Shown in pieces: positions 46,751-58,461 of a stretch of DNA of 64,000 nucleotides; positions within the stretch are counted from its first letter, which is position 1, and the number at the start of each line of letters is the position of its first letter. Origin of the DNA: an uncultured delta proteobacterium (GTDB lineage Bacteria; Myxococcota; Myxococcia; Myxococcales; Anaeromyxobacteraceae); the NCBI GenBank assembly GCA_963766715.1, contig CAVYBH010000015.1, positions 364,756 to 428,755 of the forward strand, written 5' to 3'. The translations under genes and the position numbers were made by a program. The notes under the pieces were generated by a model. That model had not been told where the DNA came from. It did not search any database and was given only the letters and a program-made list of their open reading frames with translations.

Positions 46751-49025
46751 CTAGGTCGACGCGCCCTCGAGCACGTCGCGGTGCTTGCGGAAGGCCGAGT
46801 AGCCCCAGGCCAGGAAGGCCAGCTCGGCCACCAGCACGATCACCATCCACATCACCACGGGTGAATCGCCCATCCCGTAGGAGTGCATGCCGGTGGTGAG
46901 GACGAAGTTCACGCCCAGGTAGGTCATGAGGATGGTCTGGAAGGCGGCGACGCTGATGGCCGCCACCAGGAACTGCCCGATCATCTTGTCGACCTTGGCG
47001 TGGAGGATGGCCATGTAGCAGAGGAAGGCCACCAGCGACCACACCTCCTTGGGATCCCATCCCCAGTAGCGTCCCCAGGACGAGGCGGCCCACATCGACC
47101 CGGTCAGGATGCCGGCCAGCAGCAGGATCGAGCCGACGAACATGTACCAGTAGAGCAGGTCGTAGAGCCGGTCGATCACCTCCACCCGGGCGGGCGCGAA
47201 GATGGTGAAGCCGATCTGCATGTGCGCCACCACCAGGCCGAGCGCCAGCACCGCGTACCCCACCATGATGATGGGCACGTGGATGGCCAGCCAGGGCGTC
47301 CCGGCCAGCACCGGCGCGATGGGGTGGATGAAGCGGTCGATGGGCAGGAGGTCGGTGAGCGCCATGGTGAGCGCGCTCATCACCGCCGCGTTCAGCACCA
47401 CCACCCGGTTGCGCATCACCGCGTAGGCGATGACCGCGAAGAGCCCGACGCCCCAGGCCAGGAAGAGCATCGACTCGTACATGTTGGCCGCCGGGATGCG
47501 GTCGCCGGCGCCCCAGCGCAGCAGGATCCCGTAGGTCATCATGGCGAAGCCGCCGAGCAGGATGCCGAAGGCCGCGCCGTCGAGGAGCTTGCTCCGCCGC
47601 ACCCAGGCCACGATCGACACCACCAGCGCGACGAGCAGGATGATCCAGGAGAGCCGGACCGGGTTCAGCTGGTTGTAGCGGATCTCGAGGTCGATCTGCT
47701 CGGCCGAGGGCCAGCCCGGAAGGCGCGGGCCGGCCATGAGGAGGAAGAGCGCCTCCGGCGCCAGCGGATCGGGGACGTTCCACTTCGCGGTCGGGTTGCC
47801 GGGCGGCGGGAGCGGGCGCAGCGCCTCGCGGTTGAGGAAGGTCTGGAGCCGCATGAGGCGCGCCTCCAGCTTCTCGGCGTCCTGGGTCACGCCGGTGCGC
47901 GGGCGGCCCTCGCCCTCGGCCTGGCGGGCCGACTCCATGAGCTGCAGGGCCTTCGGGATGCGCACGATCTGGAGGAACGAGGCGTGGGTGGCGCCGGCCG
48001 GCAGGCCAATCGCCTCGGCCAGCGCGGCGCTCCCCACCTTCACGATGGGTGCGTTGGCGGCCGCCTGCGGGTCGAAGAGCCAGCCGGTGGCGGTGGCCAC
48101 GGGGTCCTCGCCCTTCCAGGCGTAGTCGCCGGTGACGTTCCAGACCGCCTCGCGGGCCAGGGTGTCGAGCGGCATGGTGCGCCCGTCGTGCTGCACCGGC
48201 AGCCGGCGGAGGGTGTCGGCGGGGCTGGCGGCGAGCGCCGTGCCGGACGAGAAGCGCGAGCGCCAGCGCGGCGGCGGCCTTCCCCGCGCCCGAGCCGCGG
48301 CCCTCCTGGGCGGCCCGCTCGCGGGTCTGCCCGATGCGGGTGAAGAGCACGATGATCATGCCCAGCACCAGCGTGATGTAGCCCGCGAAGACGACGTTCT
48401 GGCCGGGGTCCTTCGACACGGACAGGACGGTGGCCTCCCGGCCGCGGTCCTGCTGGTAGCTCGACTGGAAGAGCGTGTAGCCGCGGTGCTGCAGCGGGTT
48501 GTTCATCCAGATCTTCGCGTCGTACACCGTCCCGGTGTCGAGGTCCCGGACCTTGACGATGCTCTTGAAGCCGGAGGGGCGCATGGTCCCCGGGTAGGTC
48601 TCGAGGACGAAGTCCTGGAGCGTGACCGAGAAGGGCAGGTCGTGCTTGCTCTTCACGCGGTTGTCCCGGTCGACCTCCACGATCTGGCTGCCGGTCTCCC
48701 CTTCCCAGATCCCGAGGTTGCCCTCAATCTTGAGGAAGTAGGTCATGGCCGAGCCCGCGAAGATGAGCAGGAGCGAGGAGTGGAGGACGAGGAAGCCGAC
48801 CCGCTTCTTCCCCCAGGGGAAGAGGTCGGCGAGCGACATCGCCACGTTCACGGCGAAGAGCCCCTGCAGGATCAGGAACCACGGCGCGTAGTACACGAGC
48901 CGTCCAGCGGCCTCGACGCCGGATCGCGACTCGATGATGGTGCCAGCCGCCAGCCCGACGAGCAGCAGGACGAGCAGGATGACGGCGAGCTTCAGCGACG
49001 CGAGAAAACCGAGGAACGTCTTCAT
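46751..49025 (-). CDS. ccsBA: Fused CcsBA (ResB-CcsA) system II cytochrome c synthase (frameshift ~48255)
   Basis: N-terminal ResB-like part (LASLKLAV, GTIIES, LH, MNNPL, FQSSY, KDPG); GR..PLDT; WWD domain WGRYWGWDPKEVW; GMHSYG. Confidence 0.88.
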
Positions 49026-49118
49026 CGGAACCATCCTGGCTGCGGGTGCGGGACGACGACCCCGTTGGGGCGTCGAAGGCGGCGGATTTTGCCACCCGTA
49101 ACCGGCGCAGTCGAGGGA

Positions 49119-49571
49119 TTAGTCCCCGGAACGGGCCACGGCGACGACCACGGCCTCCAGGCGGCCCCCGGGGCGGTCCACCACGACGTCGTCGCCGACC
49201 TCGCGGCCGAGGAGCGCGCGCCCGACGGGCGAGTGCGCGCTGATCCTTCCCCGGCGCGGATCCGCCTCGTCCGGCCCCACGATCCGCCACGTCGTCCGCG
49301 CCCCCGAGCCCTCCTCCACGGTCACCCAGGTCCCGAACCCCACCTGTCCGTCCGGCGCGGACTCGGGTCCGAGCACCGTGAGGATGGCGAGCGTGGCCTC
49401 GACGACCGCGGCCTGCGGATCCCCGGCCGCGCGGAGCCGGGCGAGCAGCTCCCGCAGCTCGGCCTGCCCCTCGGGCGTGACGTAGCGGATCTCTCCGGGC
49501 GCGAGCCGCGGAACGGCCCGGATCACCGGCCCGGTGTCCGGCGTCTCCTCGCTGGTGAAGGCCTTGCTCAG
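49119..49571 (-). CDS. GreA/GreB C-terminal domain family protein
   Basis: SKAFT.E, YVTPEG, VGFG..V, RIVGPDEAD, IS..SPVGRALLG..VGD; apparent CTG start overlapping the napB stop. Confidence 0.8.
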   Translation of the reverse strand: MSKAFTSEETPDTGPVIRAVPRLAPGEIRYVTPEGQAELRELLARLRAAGDPQAAVVEATLAILTVLGPESAPDGQVGFGTWVTVEEGSGARTTWRIVGPDEADPRRGRISAHSPVGRALLGREVGDDVVVDRPGGRLEAVVVAVARSGD

Positions 49572-50025
49572 GGCTTGAAGTCGTTTCCGACGAGGGGCTT
49601 CGCGGGCGTCGCTTCCACGTGACAGGAGACGCAGACATAGCGGGTGTCGGAGACCTTCGCTCCGGCCCGTTCGGGCGCGTTCCGCAGGTCGACGTAGTGG
49701 CTGCCGGAACGGGCGTCGGTCCGCCCTTTTCCTTCGCCGCGACCCCGTGGCAGGCCAGGCAGGCGTTCTCCTTCGGGGTGATGGGAACCATCCCCTCGAG
49801 GCCGTGCGGGATGACCGGCGACACGCCCGGGTAGGAAGGCCTCGGGAGCGGCGCAGCACCCGGCGCGGAATCGTTCACCGAGAGCTTCGGAGGAACCGGG
49901 GTTTCCAGCACGGGTCCCTTCTGGAGGCCGAGGCCAGCGGCCGGCATGGCCGCCGGAGGCGAGGAGGTCGCGCAGGCGGCGAGCCACACCAGCGCCAGCG
50001 CGCTCGACAGGGCTTTCGTCGTCAT
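49568..50025 (-). CDS. napB: NapB-like diheme cytochrome c, lipoprotein (frameshift ~49705)
   Basis: Lipobox [35 protein letters not shown] motifs; overlaps napA. Confidence 0.85.
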
Positions 50026-52802
50026 GGCGTCACCCCCGCCGTGGCCACCGCCTTGTAGACCTTCACGGCGCTCTTCTTGAAATCGGTCTCCTTCGAGATG
50101 GGATCGGTCGCGTCCAGCGTGACCCGGTTGATGAAGACCCCCTCGTCGAACCACGGGACGTAGACGTAGCCCCGCGGCATCCGGTTGCGGCCGCCGGTCT
50201 CCACCCGCGCCATCACCTTTCCCCGGCGCGATTCCACCCAGGCCACGTCCCCGGGCCGGAGCCCGCGCGCGGCGGCGTCCTTCGGGTGCATCCAGAGCAG
50301 CGCCTCCTGGACCGCGGCGTTGAGCCAGGGCACGCGGCGGGTCATCGACCCCGAGTGCCAGTGCTCCATCACGCGCCCGGTGCACATCCAGAGGTCCCAT
50401 TCTCCCCCGGGGCTCTCCGCCGGCGCCGCGTAGGGACGGAAGAAGATCTTGGCCTTGCCGACGAGGGACGTCTTCGTGGGCGCGGTGACGAGGTCGAGGT
50501 TGCCCGTGGGCAGCGACTTCATGGCCATCCCGTAGAAGTCGAACCCGCTGCCCGGCTTCACGTACGGGTCGAAGGCCTCGTTGAAGCGCCAGGGCGTCTC
50601 CTTCCACTTGCCGGTGCCCTTCTCCTGCACCACCGGCCAGCGCAGGCCGCGCACCTGGTCCCCGAGGTAGACGTCGAAGGGAGCCAGGTCGTGGCCGTGG
50701 CCGCGCCCGAACCAGGCGTACTCCTCGAAGAGCGCCTTCTCCGGGAACCAGTCGATCCCGGCGGCGACCACGGTGGAGTTGGGCTTCCCCGCGGCGACCG
50801 CGTCCGGCCACTTCACCTTCCGGTTCTCCGGCGTGGCGAAGAGGACGTCGTACAGCGTGTCGGTCCGCCGGATGCCGGCGCGCTCCGCGTCGGCGAGCAC
50901 GTCGGGGAGGAAGCCGTCGTCGTACCCGTCGGCCTTCAGGCCGGGGACGGGCTGGCGCCCCCAGCACTCGCCGATGGTCATCCGCTTGCAGAACTCCATC
51001 ATCTGCCAGACGTCGCTGCGGGCCTCGCCCGGGGGGAGCACCTGTTGCCGCCACATCTGCGTGCGCCGCTCCGAGTTCCCGTAGCCGCCCCATTTCTCGA
51101 AGATGAAGGCCGCCGGGAGGATGAGGTCGGCCACCTTCGAGGAGAGGGTCGGGTAGACGTCGGAGACGACGATGAAGTTGTCCATCTCCCGCGCGGCCGG
51201 GACCCAGTGGTTGGCGTTGGCGGTCGACTGGAACGGGTTGGTCACCTGGACCCAGAGCCAGCGGATCTTCCCGTCCTCGAGGTCCCGCATCATCTGCACG
51301 ATGTGCGATCCCGGCCGCGGGTTGAGGGTCTTCGGGGGCAGCTTCCAGTGGTGCTCGCAGTGGGCGCGCTGCTCGGGGTTGTCGACCACCATGTCGGCCG
51401 GCAGCCGGTGCGAGAAGGTGCCGACCTCGCGGGCGGTGCCGCACGCCGACGGCTGGCCGGTGAGCGAGAAGGCGCCGTTGCCCGGCTTGGCCTGCTTCCC
51501 GGTGAGCAGGTGCACCATGTAGGCCTGCTCGTTCACCCAGGTGCCGCGGACGTGCTGGTTGAAGCCCATGGTCCAGTAGGAGACCGCCTTGCGGCTGCGG
51601 TCGACGTACCAGTCGGCGAGCTGCTGGAGCTTCTTCTTGAAGTCGTCGAGCGGCTCGTCCGGGTCGCCCTTGGCGAGCGGGGCCACGAAGTCGAGGCTGT
51701 ACGGCTCGAGGCCGCGCTTCAGCTCCTCGAACGGGATGAGCCAGTGGACGCCGGCCTTGCCGCCGTCCTGGGCGCGCTCGTGCCGCACGGAAGGATCGAG
51801 TCCGCGGCCGATGGCCTCCTCGCGGGTCAGCACCACCACCTTCTCGCGGGCGGCGACGTCCTTCTCGGCGGCGAAGGCCTTCGCGCCGTCGGGGCGGAGC
51901 CCGTAGCCGATGTCGGCCGGGCCGGTGGCGAAGACGCAGTGGGCGTTCACGAAGTCCCAGTCCACCGCGTTCCGCCGCACGATCTCGCGCGCGATGAAGT
52001 TGAGGAGCGCCAGGTCGGTGTTGGGGGTGAAGACGATCTCGAGATCCGCCATCTCGGAGGAGCGGTTGCCGAAGGTGGTCAGGTTCACCACGCGATAACC
52101 CGGGTCGCGGAGCCGCTTGTCGACGATGCGCGCCCAGAGCATCGGGTGCATCTCGGCCATGTTGGCGCCCCAGAGCACCACCGTGTCGGTCTGCTCGATG
52201 TCGTCGTAGCAGCCCGCCGGCTCGTCGATGCCGAAGGTCTGCATGAAGGCCGCCACGGCGGAGGCCATGCAGTGGCGGGCGTTCGGGTCGAGGTTGTTGG
52301 AGCGCCAGCCGGCCTTCACCATCTTCACGGCCGCGTAGCCTTCCTGGATGGTGTACTGGCCGGAGCCCATGACCGCGACGCCGGTGGGCCCGAGCGCCTT
52401 GTAGGTCTTCCGCCACTGCTCGGCCATCACGTCGAAGGCCTCGCTCCAGCTCACCGGGACGAAGTCCCCCTGCTTGTCGAACCTGCCGTTCCGCATGCGG
52501 AGCAGCGGGCGGGTGAGCCGGTCGGTGGCGTACGGTACCTGGGGCAGCGCATAGCCCTTGGCGCAGAGGAGCCCGCGGTTCACCGCGCAGTCCGGATCGC
52601 CCTTCACGGCGACGACGCGCCCTTCCTTCGTCGCCACCTGGATGCCGCAGCCGGTGCCGCAGAAGCGACACACGCCCCGGTCCCAGCTCCAGCCCTTCGT
52701 GTCGTCGTCGGAGAGGGCCTCGAGCGGCACGCCGGCCGCGCCCACGACGGCGGTGGTGAAGCCTGCCTTGAGCAGGTCCCGTCGGGTCAGCTTCCAGGTC
52801 AT
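50022..52802 (-). CDS. napA: Periplasmic nitrate reductase catalytic subunit
   Basis: Tat signal [63 protein letters not shown]. Confidence 0.96.
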   Translation of the reverse strand: MTWKLTRRDLLKAGFTTAVVGAAGVPLEALSDDDTKGWSWDRGVCRFCGTGCGIQVATKEGRVVAVKGDPDCAVNRGLLCAKGYALPQVPYATDRLTRPLLRMRNGRFDKQGDFVPVSWSEAFDVMAEQWRKTYKALGPTGVAVMGSGQYTIQEGYAAVKMVKAGWRSNNLDPNARHCMASAVAAFMQTFGIDEPAGCYDDIEQTDTVVLWGANMAEMHPMLWARIVDKRLRDPGYRVVNLTTFGNRSSEMADLEIVFTPNTDLALLNFIAREIVRRNAVDWDFVNAHCVFATGPADIGYGLRPDGAKAFAAEKDVAAREKVVVLTREEAIGRGLDPSVRHERAQDGGKAGVHWLIPFEELKRGLEPYSLDFVAPLAKGDPDEPLDDFKKKLQQLADWYVDRSRKAVSYWTMGFNQHVRGTWVNEQAYMVHLLTGKQAKPGNGAFSLTGQPSACGTAREVGTFSHRLPADMVVDNPEQRAHCEHHWKLPPKTLNPRPGSHIVQMMRDLEDGKIRWLWVQVTNPFQSTANANHWVPAAREMDNFIVVSDVYPTLSSKVADLILPAAFIFEKWGGYGNSERRTQMWRQQVLPPGEARSDVWQMMEFCKRMTIGECWGRQPVPGLKADGYDDGFLPDVLADAERAGIRRTDTLYDVLFATPENRKVKWPDAVAAGKPNSTVVAAGIDWFPEKALFEEYAWFGRGHGHDLAPFDVYLGDQVRGLRWPVVQEKGTGKWKETPWRFNEAFDPYVKPGSGFDFYGMAMKSLPTGNLDLVTAPTKTSLVGKAKIFFRPYAAPAESPGGEWDLWMCTGRVMEHWHSGSMTRRVPWLNAAVQEALLWMHPKDAAARGLRPGDVAWVESRRGKVMARVETGGRNRMPRGYVYVPWFDEGVFINRVTLDATDPISKETDFKKSAVKVYKAVATAGVTP

Positions 52803-52936
52803 GGCGTCCCCCTCGGCGCGCCTCGCCCGTCGTGGGCGTCCGGCGCCGCACAGGACGACATGGGAGCACCGGCTCGAGGCGACGCCCAGCCTCCAAGCGG
52901 GGCGCACTCAACCGGGCCGTGGAGAGCCTACCCGCG

Positions 52937-53124
52937 TCAGCGCGTGGGTTGCGGCCGCGGCCGTTCGGCCGCGGGTTCGCTCGTCGCTCTCGCACTGGCA
53001 GGCCGGCGCCGGGCGACGAGGTCGACGAGGCATGGATGAGGCGGAGGACGGGTCGCATCGCCACGGCCCAGAAGAGCCCGATCACCACCACCGGGAGGTA
53101 CATCCAGACGAGCTCGAGGATCAT
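52937..53124 (-). CDS. Possible small single-TM protein upstream of napA (needs a frameshift to terminate)
   Basis: SD AAGGAG before ATG 53124; MILELVWMYLPVVVIGLFWAVAM hydrophobic helix; nearby TGA at 52937 is in another frame. Confidence 0.35.
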
Positions 53125-53401
53125 GACGCGCTCCTTCATCCTGCAACCTGACGACACCGGGGGGTCTCGCCAGGTGACACGCCTCCCGGGTGCATTCGCC
53201 GGACCACCGGGCGCCTCCCGGCAACCGTCCGGATTCACGGCGACGCCCGCTCGCTCCGGCCCGGCCGTTCGCCCCTTTTCGACCCAGGGGCGCGTCTCGC
53301 TGGCCGACCCGGGTCGGTGCGGACACTCGCCCGAAGGGTGGGCTACGCGCGGCGCTCGGGCTGAACGGCGGGGTAAGCTTCGGCTTCCGAGGGGAGGGCG
53401 C

Positions 53402-54991
53402 ATGGGCACCTGGGATGCCGTCGTCGTCGGCGCGGGTCACAACGGGCTCGTCACCGCTGCCTACCTGGCGCGCGCGGGCAGGAAGGTCCTCGTGCTCGAG
53501 GCCCGCGACCGCGTCGGCGGCGCGGCGGTGACCGAGGAGCCGTGGCCGGGCTTCCGCGTGTCGACGGCGGCCTACGTGGTGAGCCTCTTCCGCCCCGAGA
53601 TCGTCCGCGACCTGGAGCTGGCCCGGCACGGGTACGAGCTCCTCCCCCGGAACCCGTCCTCCTTCACGCCCTTCCCGGACGACCGGTCGCTGCTCATGGG
53701 CCCGGACCCGGTGCTCAACCGGCTCGAGGTCTCCAAGTTCTCCCGGCGCGACGCCGATCGGCTGCCGGCCTACGAGGCGATGCTGGAGCGGATCGCCCGG
53801 GCCATCGAGCCCACGCTGCTGGAGACCCCGCCCGACCCCTTCTCCGGGCGCGTCGGCGACCTGCTCCGCCTCGGCCAGACCGGGTGGCGGTTCCTGAGGC
53901 TCGGCCGGGACGGCCCGCGCGCGGTGGAGATCCTCACCGCCCCGGCGCGGACCATCCTCGACCGCTGGTTCGAGTCGGACGAGCTGAAGGCGACGCTCGC
54001 GACCGACGCCATCATCGGGGCGATGGCCTCCCCTTCCACGCCGGGGACCGCCTACGTGCTCTTCCACCACGTGATGGGGGAGTGCAACGGCGCGCGCGGC
54101 GTCTGGGGCTACGTGAAGGGCGGGATGGGCTCGCTCTCGGAAGCGCTGGCCACGGCGGCCCGGGCCAGCGGCGTCGAGATCCGGACGGACGCCCGGGTGG
54201 CGAAGGTGCGGGTCTCGGGCGGCCGGGCCACCGGCGTCGTCCTGGCGAACGGGGAGGAGGTGGCGGCGCACCGGGTGATCTCGAACGCCGACGCCACCGT
54301 GACGCTGCTCGGGCTGGTCGGGGCGGAGCACCTCCCCGACGAGATCACGGAGGCCGTCCGCTCGATCGACTACTCCAGCGCTTCGCTCAAGGTGAACCTG
54401 GCCCTCTCCGAGCTCCCCAGCTTCACCGCGCTCCCGGGACACGCCGCGGGGCCCCAGCACCGGGGAACCATCCACGTCTGCCCGGGGCTCGACTACATCG
54501 AGCGGGCCTTCGACGACGCGCGGGCGGGGCGGCCGTCCGAGGCCCCCATCCTCGAGTGCACCATCCCGTCGGTGGTGGACCCGACCGTGGCGCCGCCCGG
54601 GCGCCACGTGATGCAGATCTTCGTGCAGTACGCGCCGTACCGGCTCGCCGAGGGGGACTGGGACTCGCGGAAGGAGGCCTTCGGCGATCGGTGCGTGGAC
54701 CTCCTCGAGGCGTACGCGCCGGGATTCCGGGCGAGCGTCCTCCACCGCGAGGTGCTGACCCCGCTCGACATCGAGCGCCGCTTCGGCCTCACCGGCGGCA
54801 ACATCTTCCAGGGCGCGATGGGGCTCTCCCAGCTCTCCTTCATGCGCCCGGTCCCCGGCTACGCCGACTACCGGACGCCGATCCGCGGCCTCTATCTCTG
54901 CGGGGCGGCCACCCATCCCGGCGGCGGCGTCATGGGCGCCTGCGGGTACAACGCGGCCCGGGAGATCCTCCGGGAAGCGAGACGGGGATAG
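53402..54991 (+). CDS. Phytoene-dehydrogenase-like FAD oxidoreductase (PYROXD2-like)
   Basis: [47 protein letters not shown] motifs. Confidence 0.88.
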   Translation: MGTWDAVVVGAGHNGLVTAAYLARAGRKVLVLEARDRVGGAAVTEEPWPGFRVSTAAYVVSLFRPEIVRDLELARHGYELLPRNPSSFTPFPDDRSLLMGPDPVLNRLEVSKFSRRDADRLPAYEAMLERIARAIEPTLLETPPDPFSGRVGDLLRLGQTGWRFLRLGRDGPRAVEILTAPARTILDRWFESDELKATLATDAIIGAMASPSTPGTAYVLFHHVMGECNGARGVWGYVKGGMGSLSEALATAARASGVEIRTDARVAKVRVSGGRATGVVLANGEEVAAHRVISNADATVTLLGLVGAEHLPDEITEAVRSIDYSSASLKVNLALSELPSFTALPGHAAGPQHRGTIHVCPGLDYIERAFDDARAGRPSEAPILECTIPSVVDPTVAPPGRHVMQIFVQYAPYRLAEGDWDSRKEAFGDRCVDLLEAYAPGFRASVLHREVLTPLDIERRFGLTGGNIFQGAMGLSQLSFMRPVPGYADYRTPIRGLYLCGAATHPGGGVMGACGYNAAREILREARRG

Positions 54992-55014
54992 TCCGGAGCC
55001 GGTCCAGAAGGACG

Positions 55015-55578
55015 TCATCCGTCGGCAAGCCCCTCGTCACGTGCGAGGCGGGCAAGCCTCTCCTTCAGCCGCTCGTAGCGCTTGCGGAGCGCCGGGGCCG
55101 AGACAGGCTCGCCTGCCGCGGAGAGCACCGCGGCAATCTCGTCCCAGGCCATCTCCCGGTCGAGACGGAGGACGAGGAGCGTGTGATCGTCCGGTGGAAG
55201 GAGTTCCCGGATCTTCCGCAGGCGCGGCTCGTCGGCGGATGGGCCGAGTGAGCGACTCAGGTCCGCCGCCAGCCGAGACGCCGCGCTCGTCGCGAGCCGC
55301 TGCCTCCGGCGCTGCCACGCATCGCTGCGGAAGCTGTGCGACGCGTTCCAGGCGATGCGGTAGGCCCAGGCTCGAAGCGAGCTTTCGCCCCGGAACCCGG
55401 GCAGCCCCTTCCAGAGCCGCTCGGCGAACTCGGCGAAGACCTCGTCGCCGTCGTCGGGACCGTGCAGGGCGCGGAGCCAGCCCAGGATGGCGGGGCCGAG
55501 CTCGCGCAGCGCGGCCGTGGCGGCTCCGTCGGCGTCCCCGCCGGCGACGAGCCGGCGAACCAGGGCGTCCACTTCCAC
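55015..55578 (-). CDS. ECF-type RNA polymerase sigma factor
   Basis: FRGESSLRAWAYRIA (region 2); LP..D..LLVLR...MAWDEIA..L..LRKRYERLK (region 4). Confidence 0.85.
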   Translation of the reverse strand: MEVDALVRRLVAGGDADGAATAALRELGPAILGWLRALHGPDDGDEVFAEFAERLWKGLPGFRGESSLRAWAYRIAWNASHSFRSDAWQRRRQRLATSAASRLAADLSRSLGPSADEPRLRKIRELLPPDDHTLLVLRLDREMAWDEIAAVLSAAGEPVSAPALRKRYERLKERLARLARDEGLADG

Positions 55579-55579
55579 G

Positions 55580-58412
55580 TCAGTTCCTTCCTGGGACACG
55601 CGACCCGGGCGCGTCCAGCTGGGCCGCGATCTCGCTGGCCTGCGCCAGGAGCGGCTCATCCCGATCGGCGTCGCTCCACTCGTCCCGGAACCGGGCGAGG
55701 GCAGCTCGGGCCTCGTCGTCGCGACCCAGGCGCGCGAGCGCTCCGGCCTCCAGGACCAGCCCGCGCGGATGGGCCCAGCTGCGCCACATCGTGGTGGGGA
55801 TGTAGAGGCGACGGAACCGGCGGAAGGCCTCGACCGCCTCCGCGTCGGCGCCGCCCCGCCACGACAGATCGGCCACGAGCCACGCCGGCGCGAGGCCGAA
55901 GTCCACGTCGTAGGGGGAACCCTGGGCAATTTCCCTGAGGCGCCGCAGCCCCTCTTCCTTCTCGCCCCGCTGCCAGATCAGAACCGCCTCGTAGGTCCGT
56001 TGCCGAGGGGAGCCCGGGCGAAGGTGGGAGGCGAGCCGGGATGCGCCCTCCAGGTCGCCCAACCAGGCCAGCAGGGGCGCGTGCACGGCGGCCGCCTCCG
56101 GGTCGAGCGCGCGGAGTCCCTCCACCTCGTCCCGGAGCGCCTTCGAGTCGCCGTCGCCGGCCAGGTACTGGATGCGCATGCTCCTCGCCATGGCGTCCTG
56201 GCCGGCCGGACCCAGGTCCTTCGCCATCGCTTCCAGCGTTTGCGCACCGCTCGCCCGCCTCCCCTGGTAGGCATCGAGCGCCGCAAGCGCCAGGTAGCCA
56301 AAGCCCGGCGCGGGGCTGCCCGGCCGGGCGAGCTGTCCGAGGGCCTCGCGCACGTCGTCGTAGCGCCCTCCCATGATGGCGACGTAGGCCTGGTCCTCGA
56401 GCGCGGAGAGCCCGCCCCCCGCTTCCGACTCGCGCCGTGCCGCGGTCGCGGCCCCGGGAAGGTCCCCGAGCCAGGCGAGCGCGGTGGCGAGCGCGTGCAG
56501 GTTGACGGAGTTGGCCGGCCCGCGCGCCCATCCCTCGGCGAGCCGCTGCAGGTGGTCCTGTCGTCCGAGGGCCCCGAGCGAATGGGCCAGGTGCTCGAGT
56601 CCCCAGCCGTGGGCCAGTGCCGGGTCGAGCTGGAGCTGCCGCGCGAACCAGGGGACCGCAAGATCGAACTCGGAGCGATGGTAGAGAAGGTCGCCGGCCT
56701 CGTAGATCCCCTCCTCGTCTTCCGGGTTCGAGCGGGTGAGCTCGGCGAGGTGCGCAAGCGCCTCTTCGTCGCGGCCGTCGAAGTGGGCGACCCATGCTCG
56801 GATGAGGAGGCGCTCCTTGGGCGGCACCCGGGCGATGTGGCGCGAGGCCGCGTCGGTAGAGGCCTTCTGCTCCGCGCGGGAGCCGCCGTGGTGGGCTCGC
56901 CAGACGGCGAGCTGGTAGTGGGCCAGGGCGAAGGTCGGGTCGGCGGCGAGCGCCTTCTCGAGAGGCTCCGCGCAGTCCTGCCCGAAGGAGGTCCGGTACA
57001 TGCACTGCTGGCTGGCCGCGTAGTGCTGGTAGGCGAGCAGGCTATTCGTCACCGCGTCGGCGAGCCGGATGTCCGACCCGCGGACGTCGGCGTCTCGCTC
57101 CCGCAGCGCCAGGCGGGTGGCCCGGGCGAGCCGGTCGAGGGCCGGGGCCACCTCGGCCTTGCCTCCGGCCCGTTCCTTCACCGTGAAGAGCGGTGCGCCG
57201 GTCTCCGGGGCGAGTGCGCGGATCTCGAGCGCCAGCGCGCCGTCGACGGCCCGGACGGACGGAACGAGCAGGACGCGCGCGCCCGCGCGCCGAGCCGCTT
57301 CCCTCCCGGCCGAGGCGTCGATCCGCCGCACGGGCTCCCCGCCGTCGCCCGACGCCCCGAGCCCGTCGAGCAACCGGGTCCGCGGCACGACTGCGAGGTG
57401 AGGCGACTGATCGAGGGAGGTGGCGATGAGCCCGGCCAGCCCGTCCATCTCGGGATCCCCGGTGGCGTTCTCGACGTCGGCAACGGCAACCCCGACCCGC
57501 TCGGTCCCGTCGGCGCCTCGATGGAAGAGCCATGCGGTCGCGACCGCCGCGACCACCAGTCCCGCCAGGAGCACCAGCTTGCCTCGCCGGGCCCGCCGGA
57601 GCGCGGAGCCGCTGGCGGCCTGGAGCGCCGTCAGCATCTCCTGGCCGTCGCGGAAGCGGGCTGCGGCGTCCGGAGCGCGGGCGCGGGCCGCCACGTCGGA
57701 GAGCGGTCCGGTCGACTGGACCGGCCCGAGCATCTCGTCGAGCATGACTCCAAGTGAATAGACGTCCCCGCGTGCGTCTCCCGGTCCGCCGGCCTCCTGC
57801 TCGGGGGCCATGTAGTCCGGGGTCCCCCCGGCGATCGTGGCGTCGCCCCCCCGGATGCCGGCGAGGCCGAAGTCCAGGACCTTCACCCCTCCGTCCCGGC
57901 GGAGGAAGACGTTCGCGGGCTTCAGGTCCCTGTGGACGACGCCGCTGGAGTGGGCATGGGCGACGCCACGGGCCACCTCCGAGATGATCCGCGACGCCTC
58001 CGTCGGAGGCAGCGGGCCGCGGTCGAGCCGCGCCCGTAGCGTCTCCCCGTGGAGCCGTTCCATGACGATGTACGGGCCGGCCTGGCTCATGCCGACGTCG
58101 TGGACGGTGACGATGTTGGGGTGGTCCGAGCCGCGCGGCCGCCTCGGCCTCGCGAGCCAGCCAGGCCGCGCGCCGGGGCTCGTCCTCCCGGGCCCCGGGG
58201 CGCACCACCTTGAACGCCACCGTCCGGCCGAGCCTCCGGTCCCGGGCCTCGTAGACGATCCCGAAACCGCCCCGCCCCAGTTCCCCGAGGATCTCGAAGT
58301 GATCGACCCGCGAGCCGGGCCGCAGCGCGCCGGCCCAGCCCTCGGAGAGGGGGACCGGCGGCGCCGCCACGATTCCGGCGACGAGCTCGGAGAGGGGCGT
58401 GCGGTGCCGCAC
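55580..58412 (-). CDS. Transmembrane Hanks-type Ser/Thr kinase with extracytoplasmic TPR-like region (frameshift ~58130)
   Basis: LGRGGFG, VAFK, HPNIV, HRDLKPAN, DFG, GTPDYMAPE; TM helix; then ENATGD..DGL domain and TPR-like helices. Confidence 0.88.
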
Positions 58413-58461
58413 GCCCGGTACGATGCCACCCCGTCAACGGGCTGTCACGCCCCGTGGGCCA

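Noticed and set aside
50022..52802. Selenocysteine in NapA or the Mo enzyme
   Set aside because: Active-site residues are Cys codons; no in-frame TGA seen
53402..54991. crtI carotenoid pathway
   Set aside because: No crtB/crtE neighbours; motifs fit the broader PYROXD2-like oxidoreductase family
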